A stretch of DNA of 62,592 bases, the filler included, from Deltaproteobacteria bacterium (GTDB lineage Bacteria; JAGRBM01; JAHCIT01), in NCBI GenBank assembly GCA_026129095.1. It is 3 parts of 3 records of this genome, joined end to end, with 100 filler letters (N's around TTAATTAATTAA, not from the genome) between each part and the next. Parts side by side here need not be neighbours in the genome. Positions count along the whole stretch, not along the records: positions 1 to 30,482 come from JAHCIT010000017.1; 2 more parts are not named here. One strand, written 5' to 3'. The translations under genes were made by a program, and so were the position numbers. The notes under the pieces were generated by a model. The model made no database searches, was not told where the DNA came from, and worked only from the letters and a program-made list of their open reading frames with translations. Positions 8,237 through 20,200 of this stretch are shown one piece after another; positions within the stretch are counted from its first letter, which is position 1, and the number at the start of each line of letters is the position of its first letter.

Positions 8237-11200
8237 GGCCACCTGCCCCATTTCCATGGCGAATTGCTTTCATGGTCCTCCAGGAAGTTTATCTTCGGAT
8301 CATGCCATTTGTCGCGGAGAACATTGCCCTGATCGTCCTTCAGTTCGCGACCGAACATCATGGCGAGTGCACCCATCGTGATGTGTGATGCCAGATACCC
8401 CTCGCCAAGCACACCGGCCTGCTGCAAGTGCAATGATTCGTGGTCAAGCCAAAAACTGTAGGGTTTGTGTTTGAAATACCCGTTCCGTTCGACTTTGAGC
8501 AGCATCGCATGACCGATCGTTTGTGCGCTGGCTTTCCCAACCACGAAACCGGCACCCGAAAACACGATGGTCCCGGTGCCGTTCACGGACTCCGCGTGGA
8601 CACCGACATTCTTCCCCTGCATCGCGCCAACCGCAATGGCCGCCAAACCTGCCGACAGTCCCAGCATGGTGGTTTTCGCTCCAACCAGATAGCCATGGAA
8701 CCCGATACCCCCTTTTCTCTGGGTCGATGCGTACGTTGCCGCATCGGCCCCGATCACGAACATGTTCCCTGCCAACCGGTCAATCATGTCCCACAGGGCA
8801 TCGGACAAGCCGAAATTCGGCAACTGAAACGGCAATATGTACCGGAAAATAGCCTGCAAAACGAGCGATACCAGATTCGACAGCACCTTCAATACAAAAC
8901 GCTTCACCCACTTCCAGAACCCGTATCCGTCCACGTCCACCCGGTTCAAGGGGTTGTTGAGCACGTAACTGAAGCGGTTCAGATCCTGCGGCGCGAACGT
9001 GCGTCCCCGCCAGTCGGCGAGCCGTTCCTCCGGCATGGAACCGGCGTTGGCGCTTCCGTTCTGGTAATCCCATTCCGCCATCCGCATCGCCTGCAGCGGC
9101 GCGGGCTCAAGCTGCCGGGGGTCGGCGGAGATGAACCGGCCCACAAGAGGGTCGTAGTAGCGGTTCTCGAAATTCATCAGGCCAAGGCCGGCGTCCTGCC
9201 GCTTGCGGGTGAAGGTCCGGTCGCTGGCCGGGGCAGTCCCGGACGAACTCCACACCTCCCCGAACGGCTTGTAGTCCATGCGGCTCAGTTCGGCGCCGCT
9301 CGCGTCCGTCACGGCCACGACGCTGCCCAGATGGTCCCCGTGCAGCCAGATGGGCTGGTCGCCTTCGGCGATGGCCGTTCCGGTGGAATAGGCCACGGCG
9401 CCCATCTGGCGTCCGCCCGCGCCCCAGCGCTGCTCCTCGCACGCGGCGGCCGCGAAACCGATCGCGAGCACAAGGCCGGCCGCCACGCCCTGCCGCCACC
9501 GCCAGCGGTAGCCGCCCCGTGCCCGGCGCCGTTCCACCCGGACAGCAGCCCGTATTCTGGCGGCCTCCATGGCCTCGCGAAGGTCGCGTTCCCCGGCCGT
9601 TTCCAGCGCCCGCACGAGCCGCCGGAACCGCCACAAGGGATCCGCAAGCCACAGGAGCCAGAGAACGGATGCAAGGGCCGCGGCGAGCGAAGCGATCTGG
9701 ATGCGCGCCTTCGCGCCCGCCGGTCCAAGGGAGGGATTGGCCGCGGCCGACCAGGTGCGGCGGGCCCTTTCCCTGAGCCGGTCACCAAGGCTCACCGTGG
9801 CCATGAAGCCGCCCAGGGACGGCTTCGACGCCGGATTGTAGGAAACGCTGGCGATGACGCCGCCCGGCCCCATGATGTGCTTGACAGCCATGGCGGGTCT
9901 CAGTTCGAACCAGTTGCCGAAATAGTAGGTGGGCGCGCCGTCCGCGTAACGGATCACTCGGGCCCCGTGGCCGTCGTACACCATGCTGACGAGGTGTTCC
10001 GGCGGGCCGCTGTCGATCGCCGACGCCGTGGCCAGCCGGTTGTCATAGCCCCAGCTATAGAGGTGCGTGGGGCTTATACTCGAGGGTGTTCTCACGGTCA
10101 TGTTGCCGTTCAGGTCATAGGCGGCGGACCAGCCGCCGGGACCGCTCACCATGGCGTCCGGGTGCGTCACGCCCCCAGCCGTGTCGTAGGCGACCGGCGG
10201 TGGTCCCTCGAACGTCTGGAAATTACCCACGCCGTCGTAGCTGTAGGCAAGGTTTCCGTAGCCGCCGCTGGCCGTCAGCAGGCGGCTCAGGCCATCGTAG
10301 GTGAAATGCTGGGTATTGCCCGGCGCACGGAAGTCCAGAATCGCCGTGATGTTTCCGGTGCGGTCGTAGGCATAGGCCGTCTTCTGCAGCAGTTCCGCCT
10401 GCGAGTCCAGCGTCTCCAGCACCTTGAGCCGCCGCGTCGAGGCGTGGTACTCGCGGGTGGTCGTCGTTCCGTTTCCGAACTCCATCATGAGAAGGCTGCC
10501 GAAAACCGGGTCGTACGTCGCCCCCTGAAGATACGTCCGCGTATCCACGCCCGCCGCGCCGCAATCCGACGGGTTGCCGTCCCCGTCGTCGTCATAACCC
10601 ACGATGCCAACCAGCTGGCTTCGCTCGTCATAGCCGTAGCAGACGTTCTCCCTGTCCGGATAAACGATGTTCTGGAGCCGCCCCAGAAGGTCGAATGACC
10701 TCGATAGCGTGAAGGTTCGCCAGGCATTTGTCTGGCTGTCCGGATCCATCCGCTTCACGATGCCGGTGATCCGGCCCTGCAGGTCATAGCTGTAGGCGGT
10801 GGTGCCGCTCAGATCGGCCAGCGTATCGAGCGCCCCGATGCCGTTGGCGGCCGGATTGTCATAGGTATAGCTGGCGATCTCCACCTCGCCCGCGCCGCAA
10901 GCCCCCTGCGCCGTCGCCTCCACGGGAGACGTTCCGAAGCTCTTGGTGAGCCCCAGCGGGTCATCCACCCCGGCCCCTGCCTTCGCGCACTTGAGCACCA
11001 GCCGGCCCAGTTCGTCGAACGAATAGACGGCTTCGTTCCCGCGTGCATCTGTCTTCCTTGCGACATTGCCCATGGCGTCGTAGCTGTAGGTGGTGACGCC
11101 GGTGTTGATATCGGTGAGGTGCAACGTCTGGCCAAGCGAATTGTACGAGAATTCGGCATCCACCCGGTCGGCGCCGCCAAGGTAGCCGTTGTTGTCGGTG

Positions 11201-14200
11201 TCGCGGCCAATCCTCATGAGCCGCCCGGTCACCGGATCGAAGTCATAGAGCGTCGTGAGGCGTGTTCCAGACACGGCAAACTCGTCGATCCGGTAGTTGC
11301 GGCCATGGATGTCCGAGAAAGCGACCCGCGTGTTCCCCTTCGGATCGGTCACGGTGGTCTCGCCGAGCTGATATTCGACGAACGCCTGCCCGCCGCCCAC
11401 GAATTTCACGCTGGAAACGCGGCCCACGCTGTCGTGCAAGAACTCGGTCTTGCGGATCCGGGCATCTCCGGACGCCTGCGTGAAGCCCGTCCAGACGGTG
11501 TCCGATCCGCCCTCCTCGTCGAACGTGTCGTACTGGTACCGGACCCGGCCCAAGGCATCGTACGCCACGAGACCCGACACGACATGAGTGCCCGTTCCGG
11601 TCCGGTGTTTCGTCTGGATATTGCGGCCAAGTCCGTCCCTGATCTCGATCGTTTCGAATATCTCGCTGGCGGCCGGGCCTGTAACGGCGGCACGGTTCCG
11701 GGTAACGGTGTAGTTGCTGGTGCTGTCCAGCACATAGGATTTCCTGACCGCCCAGTTCGCGTCCCACCAGGCATCGTCCTTCGTGCATGCCTCGATGTCG
11801 AGCGTTCCCGTGTATTTCTCCGGAGCGCTGCTGGAGATCAGCCTGCCCAGCGAATCGTAACGGCTGTAGATGACCACCTGGTTCGGGTTCCGGCCGCACA
11901 ACTGCACGCCCATAACCGGGTCGAATACCTGCTCGCTCACGTGGCCCAGGTGGTTGAAGGAGGCGACCGGATAGAGGCCGGATTCGTCATATTCCGTATC
12001 CGGATTGAATACCGGCATTTCGTCGCCGAAATAGGAAAGACTGGAAGCGAGCGGATTCCCGTTCACCGGGTCGTAGCGCATGTCGCTCGTGAGCCAGCGC
12101 TCCGGGCCATCTCCGTTGCTGTCCCACTGCCGTTTTCGCGTGACGCGGCCTTCTGGCGGGGGCTCGCTGCAGAGAGGATCGTCGCCCGAATCGGTATCAC
12201 CGTCATAGCAGTAGCGCGCTTCGGATATCCTGCCGCTACCGGTACTGCTGCAGAGTTCGGGACTGATGCCCGCACAAACGAGCTGCCGCCTCGGGGTGCC
12301 GACAATATAGTCCACCGGATTATAGGCATATTCGGTCACGGAGACTGTTTCATCGCCCGATGCGTTTGCATCGCCATGATTGACCACGACCAGCGGCTGG
12401 CCGTAACTGTCATAGGACAGCACTTCCTGCCGCCGGATCCAGAGTCCGCCGCCGGGGCCGTATGTCTCGGCAACCGTCTCTCCACTCCGGCAGGTATATG
12501 GCGGACCAGCCTCCGGAATATAGGAAGTGACCGACCTCGCCAGAAGACGCTCGCTGGCCGGTTTCGACATGTCGAGGATACGGGTTTCAACCGGCCGGCC
12601 TATACAGGCGAGGTTCCGGCTCATGTCGGCTTCCTGCTGCAGTTCCAGAGGCTTCCGGGTTAGCTTTGTGACGGTTTTGTCGGGTTTCTTCTCGACAATC
12701 TCGACTATTTCTTCCCAGTTCCGCTGCGCGAACCGGGTGAATCCGAAAGGCCGCCGTTCCTCCTGCGACCATTCGAGTCCGGAATAGGAGTATTCCGTAA
12801 CGATTGCCTGTTCGCTAAGAACGTCCTCCGTGCTGGAGGCGGAATTGGTCCGGTAGGCGGTCCTCAACGACTTGACGGTTCCGAGCAGCAAACCAACCGG
12901 CACCTTGTTGCCGGGCCAGTTGGCCGACGAGATGTAGTCAACTTCGGTGCGGGTCCCGGTGATGGAAACTATCGCATCGACAAGATCGGGACGGTCGGCT
13001 GTCTTTCCCGTCAGGTGAACGCGGGGCTGGCCGGTGGCAAGGAAAGTGAATACATCCTGCTTGCCGTTGCCATCGAAATCGCCAATCTGAATCGCCCCGT
13101 TCTCCCTGTTGCAGTCCCCCTGGCATACGTTATGGCTATACTCCTTGGTCTCGAACGTGGTTTCCCCGATCGACGATTTCTTGGCAAACCCGTACCGGAC
13201 TTTCGTGCTGTTGGCCGTCGTGCCTATCAGGTCGGCGCGGTTATCGCCGTTGATATCGAGCGCCAGAAGCAGGTCGCTCTGCCCGCAGTCTCCGCATGGC
13301 CGTCCGTCTCCAGTAAACTTCGGAAACCCGATCCTGAAGTCATACCCATTTGAGTACAGAATCCAATGCAAAGGCCCGAAATAGACATCCTGTTTGCCGT
13401 CGCCGTTGAAATCCCCGGCGAACAGTTTTGTTGCACTGCAATCCTCGCCGCACAAGTACTTTCGCTCGGTATCTATATGGGTAAATCCTTCACCATCCTT
13501 GCCAAAATACGCATAAACATTTGTCGCAAATGCGGTCGATTTCATGAACCTGAGAATATCGGAGTAACCGTCGCCGTTCATGTCCGTCACGATGAATCTG
13601 ACATCGTCCGGCTGGCAGTCATCAAGGCATGGCCGCCAATCCGAATTCTGCGTATACAGCTTCCTGTAGCGCGTGAAAGACACCGCAGTCGTGCTGCTCT
13701 TGCCGTACCAGATATGCCAAGAGTGTGAATTCAGGGTCTCATCGGTTGTGGCAAAGGCAGAACTCCAGTTGACGCCGCCCCTGGCAGCCACGATATCGGT
13801 CTTGCCGTCACCGTTAAAATCGCCCGAAAGTATATTCACTCGCTCATCCGCACAGGACCAGTCGCAAATCGGCACCAGGACGCCGTTCCGCTTCAGGTTG
13901 GCGGAAACAGTCCTGTACTTAAACGCATACCCGCTGGAGTTGCTGGTGGACGGGCTGGACACGAAGATCCGGAACTTGGTGCTATTTGAATGAACTACCA
14001 GTATGTCTGATCGTCCGTCGCCATTGAAGTCGCCGACTATAAACCTGTTTTCATTATTACAAATTGCCTGGTAGCATACGTATCCACCCTGGCTATCGCT
14101 TTCTATATTTTTATCTTCCCACCATTCGGTTTTCCATCCATTGCCGTTGGAGAGATATACCCTCCAGCCGCGCCAGTTGTTGGTGGTAATGGCGATATCC

Positions 14201-17200
14201 GTCAATCCATCGCCGTTGAAGTCTCCGGACACATATCTGTTCTGGTTATTGTATGCCGGGGCACCGGGCATGCTGTCCCAGCCGCCCAAGGTACCACTCG
14301 ACATGCTGATGCTGTTCTTGTTCCAGTCAACAGAGAACACCTGAAGCTGGACCGTTTCTTCCGGGTTCGAAACGGTTCCATCCGGGGCGACCACGACGCC
14401 CGCGCCATACTGGGTTATATTGGATAAAAGGTACCTCGCGGTCCATCCGCTGATTTCGTAATCGAGAGCGTATGCACGGATGTTCTGCTCATTGGAACTG
14501 ACGGCAACAGCGTTCAGGTACCGGCCTATTTCAAGAAGGTTGCTTCCGGTTGCATATGACGGCTTTGCGGATTCACTCGACCGGCTGGCCGTATAAAATA
14601 CCACTCGGTATGGGCCGTATTCTATGCTTTGAAGATATACTTCGCGGTTCCCAAGACTGGTATACGAGTAGCTGACCGTATTCCCAAACACATCGGTGAC
14701 TTCGACGATATCCCAGCGGAATACCTGGTTCCCCGAATACACCGTCTTCTCGTAGGTCATCCGGGTGCCACGGGTATCCCACACGTACCACCTGTCGTTC
14801 ACAGAATCCCGCTGGATTTTGGTATAGTTATCCCATTTGGTAACATGAGTTGCCCCGGGACGGCTGGCACATATGTCCTGGAAACCGCTGCACGGGAGCA
14901 GTTCGTTGCCGTCGAGCGAGAACTTGTCGCTGCTCACATATCGCGGAGCCCCGTTCGTGCTGGAGCTGCGCACAATGCTCGACGTGCCCGCAAGCTGGAA
15001 TCCCACACCGACCCATCCGTCAACGCCATTGGAACTGTAGTTCAGCGAGAGCCTGGGTTCGATATCATAATACTTCGGCACCTCTATCGGGATGGAAGTC
15101 GTGAATGCCCCTGTAGACGGATCCACCTGTCCCAGATGCGGCACCTGGGGCATCTTGGGGATGTAATCCGACACGGGGATATTCCCGAGGCCCTGCCCCG
15201 CATCCACCTCGTTGTCATGCACTTCAATGCTGAACGGGCCGAGAATCGCCACGACCCCGGACTGATCGACCAGTTCGATCACGATATCAGCATAAACTCC
15301 CGAGTCATCCTCTCCAGGAGTTCCGCTCAACTTGCCATCGCCCTGGTCAAATTGCGCCCAATCGGGAAGCCCCGTGATCTGGAATGCATAATTTTCCGGT
15401 GCATTCGAGATGACCGGGACGTACTCATAGTACTGTCCTTCGATAGCACTCGTTTCTGGCAGATTAGCGAATGCCGGTGGCGCGGTCCCGGTGACCTCGA
15501 TGCTGAATTCCGGCAGCTCATCAAAACCGCCCATGATATCCTCGACATTGATAACAATACCTGCATATTCGCCAACATCGTCGAGCCCGGGAACGCCGTA
15601 CAAACTTCCTGTAGCGGTATCGAACGCCGCCCATGCCGGGAGGTTAACGATACCGAATGTCAGTACGTCGCCGAATTCAATGTCGGGATCCCACGCATCG
15701 GGAGTAAAGAAATAGGTTTCACCGAACAGGATAGCGGTTTCCGGGCTTCCGGATATCGCTGGTGGCGTATTTTCACCTTCCACACTGATCGTGAATGCTG
15801 GCAGACGCGAATAGTCTCCAAACGGATCACGTACAATAATGACGATGTTCTCGTAAACCCCGGTTTCGAAATAGCCCGGGACACCGGCGAGCATTCCGGT
15901 CTCTGGATCGAACCCGGTCCAGTAGGGCGGGTTCTCGATGCTGAAAACCAGAGAGCCATTATCCCCTACGTCCGGATCTGACGCCATCGGGGTAAAAGAA
16001 TAAAGGACTCCCCAGCCGGCAGTTTCCGGAGGGACACCGGAAATCTGCGGCGGACTGTTCGCACTGGAAAACCGAATTTCGAACGGACCTGCAACTGCGA
16101 ACTCTCCAAAGCGGTCGGACACGTACACATGGATATCGATCCATACCCCTGCATCAGATTCCTGAGGAGTCCCGAGAAGCCGGCCGGTGACCGGATCGAG
16201 AGATAGCCAGAGCGGCAGATTTGTCGCACTGAACTGCAGCACGTCTCCATGGATCAGATCGGGATCATCGGAAGAAAAGGTGAAGTCATAGATTACTCCC
16301 ACCGATGCCGAATCCGGCGGATTGCCTTCGATGGTTGGCGGATCGTTGGCATTCATGACCTCGATCGTAAACGGGCCGACACGGAACACTTCTGTATCGG
16401 AATTGGAACGGACGATTATTATGCCATCATAGACGCCCACATCCCCGTTCGTGGGTATCCCATATAGTTCCCCTGTCACGAAATCGAACTCTGCCCATGA
16501 CGGCTTGTTGACTATTTCAAATATCGGCTCGCCCCAGATGCCGAGATCGACAGGATAGTAACTGTAATACTGCCCCTGTATGGCGAATACGTCCGGATGG
16601 GCAGACTGCATGATCTCATGGGTTGCGGACGGAGCGATCCAGTATATGTCGTTCTGACCAATGTAGTAGGCCATTTCCGAAGAAGTATGCTCGCCGAGCA
16701 CTTCTACGCGGTTCACAGGGAACTGGGACGCGTACCCCGCCACTTCCAGCGATGGCTGACCTGAATACAGATTCTTTATCGATAATAGATATGCCGGATG
16801 CGACGACGCCGTATTGCAATGTTGTGGCGGATACTCGGATCCCGAAATTACCGTATATGCGAAGTTTCCTATTTTCGTAAACAGCGAGTTTCCGTATTGA
16901 AGATAGTTCTGCAGAGTAACGGCATCCGAGACCGCTCGTGGTATAGATGATGGCGCATTTGGCACAGAAGGCAGAAGTCCTGCCGGTATATCGTTGAGTG
17001 AGACAGAAATTGTCTCTGGAACCGACCAGATATTTCTCGTCAACAATACTTGCTGTGGATTAATGTGAAAATAATCTGGGAGCTGACTGTGCAAGATATC
17101 AATTGACACAAATGTGGAGTCGTCGATAAAGGAAGCCGCGACGCCCCCCATGTCCCTGACGTTTGCTCGCATAAGTATATCATCTGAAACCACGCTAATA

Positions 17201-20200
17201 AGCTCAACACCCCATCGTACATATCCCTTTCCGTACGAAAGAAGTTCGGGGACAACTCGCCCCTGATTCTCTAGTGGAGCACCAATACCGTAGTATGAAA
17301 TACTGGTTGTGAAGGTTACTTCAGGTTCCGAATACTCAATGCCTTCAATCACGGCGAAACCCTGGCCGCAGCAAGGAAACTGGAAATTCCCTGGGCGGTT
17401 ACCGTACAGGCGAACTACGACAGAGTCCTCGGTCAACGCGATTCCACGCCCATGCGCGGCCATATCCGGCACCCAGACAGCTTCGAACTCCAGCTCGCCC
17501 GTCTGGATGCCGCGCACGATGACAATGATATTGTCCCCTATGCTTGGGCTGGAAGGCACCCACAAATAGTCCGGCCCGCTGCCGGCGATCACGACCGTGT
17601 CATCGCTTGTCGCTATCGGTGCAAGCGCATCGTTTGGACCAAAGCCGACAGCTGGATGATCGGCATAGATGCTTCCGCCCGGAACCCCCCAATATGGATG
17701 AACCAGTTCCGGGATAACCACGTTTTCATATGTGATTTCACCATCACTGAGGCCTCGCATAACGACTATGGTATCGTCGTTGTTCGTTACGTGGTTTGGG
17801 ATTCCGTCTTCACCCCAGGTAAGTGCGACAGCCGTGAACTCATTGACAACCGTCCATTCGGTCCGAACGGGGTAGGGAGGACTGATCTCCACGACTTCGG
17901 GGATTGGCGTGTCCAGATAACGGACAAGGAACCGGTCGGGTGTTCCGCTGGGACAATGTGTCGGGCAGATAAACCTGGCAAGCATTGCAGAATCCGAAAC
18001 CCGAACCGGGCTGCTGCCGATAATTTCCGGGAAATGTCCGTTTTCTCCGGATGTTGTCAGCAGAGTGAGGCCCGAAAATCCTATTACGGCCAGTAGGTCG
18101 TCATTAAGTTTTACACTTGGGCTTGGCAGGTGATTGACCCCAGAGAATACAGGTACATCAACAGCAGTGTTCAGTCGCTGCATAGGGTCAGCGAGTACTT
18201 CGAATGTCCTAGAACCCCAAGAAACGGGGCCATAATTCAATTCCAAGGTGTAGTGACCGACCTTTAGCGGCTGCGTCCAGAAATTACTCTCGGCCACATT
18301 CCAAACGTCTCTGAAAGGAATTATCGGGATCGCACGCGAATGTCCGAAGCCATCTAGGCTGAGACTGGAAAAAACATACTGGCTATCAGCAGTTCTCTTC
18401 AGACTCGCATATTCGCCCACACCCAGATTGGCATCCCCATCAGGGGGATCGGTTTCAGCACAAAGCGCGTTTCCGTCCCACGCGACGGAGAATATCGGAA
18501 ATTCGACCGGGCCGGATGGCTCTGTTCCGGTTCCTGTCAACGGTATCTCGGTTATTGCTGCTTCGTTTACATACCCCAGCACCAGACTGGCCAATCGCTG
18601 ACCGGTTTCAGACGGATTGAAGACTATCTCAAAGCCGATATATTCACCCGGTCCGATATACGGTGGAAAATCCGGCGCGCCGGAAAAATCGGGTGTGCTA
18701 CCTAAGGCAAAATCCGAGGCGGCAGTTCCAAAGAAATTGGTTACGGCGGGGTTCAGATCAACTTCCAGTAATTGCTCTGTCATATTATGGCAGATCACAC
18801 CAGTTGAACTACTCCCAGAGTTTGCAGTTACAGCGCCGAAGTCGATAATTCCCGGAATGCATGTCAATCCGGAACCGGATTGCACGGCCACGACCGCCTG
18901 AGCTGAAACCGGCCCACTTTCGCCGTTGCAAGTGAACGTATATACCGTCGACACTGGCGGCGCGACCTGTACGTTTCCCGATGTATCGACAGGAATACTG
19001 TTAATCTCACAGGATGTCGCATTGACGGCAAGCCACGCGAGCATCGAAGCATCGCCGGAACCAATTACCGGCGGGGTCGCAGAAAAATGCACGATCTGAA
19101 CAGGATCGGATATATTTTCTCCGATTCCAGTCAACAGAATTTCCGTCGGCTCACTGCTCGTAACGTATTCGAAACTGATTACGGAACTGAGCGGACCGGT
19201 TTCCTGGGGCCTGAATATAATTCCAAAGGTTACATAGTCACCGGGATGGAATATTCCCGCAGAAATATCCTCTCCCGAGACGCCCGCCACGCTGATGTCG
19301 AAGTTTTCGCTGTCAGTAACTGCAAAAGAATTCATATCGACGGCAACATTGTCCAGCAGCTCATTCGTGCAGGTTATAAAGCTCGTGTCCGATTCAGCCC
19401 CGACCCCAACAGCGCCGAAATCGATCTGCTCAGGCATGCAAGTGAGCATCGCGTCCGCGGGCGGTTCGTCCCCTTCCAGAACCAGCACCAGCCGCGGCGG
19501 ATTTCCGCTTTCCTTCGAATCAAATTCGATCAGGCCGCCCTGACCCTCTTCGGTCTTGCGGACTAACCAACCGTAGTTTTCCTTCGTGCCAGCCAGAAAG
19601 GCGATGACATCCGCCGTCACATCCCAGGCGACCGTTCCTGTTTGCGCGTTCTGGATCAGTACCGTTCCGGTTGGTACTGTTTCCATGGGCCACAAACCGG
19701 GATTTCCCATCGACCACTCGGTTGCGCCCGAACAGTCTTTGGCAGTATTGGTGATATTCGTGTCAATGGCGCAGTTCCAGGTAGCGCCCGGACCATCGCC
19801 CCGGTCGCTGGGGGTTGTGCCAGCTACCTTTCCATTGCCTTCGGCCCAGTCCTGGAGCATCCGGTGGACGTCCACCGTGCGGCCAGGGCCCCAGTTGTTG
19901 CCGGTATTCAGAATATCGGCCTCCAGATAAGCAGCCAGCACAGTGCGGCCGGCGACAAACGAGACCAGATCCGGGTGTCCAAACCGGACCAGCACCCGGT
20001 TGTTTCCAGCCTGCTGAACCCGCAGGAGGGCCGCACCACCCTCGTTGGTATTGGGTGAGCCGTTATAGATAAACGTATCGGCCGCCGCCGTCAGCGTCAC
20101 CGTCACGGCGATGTCGAAGGCGGGCAGGCTGGCGCCCTGGTTTTCGCTGTCCGTCACCGTGATGACGATGTTGCGGTAAATGCCCGCATCGCCCGCCGAA

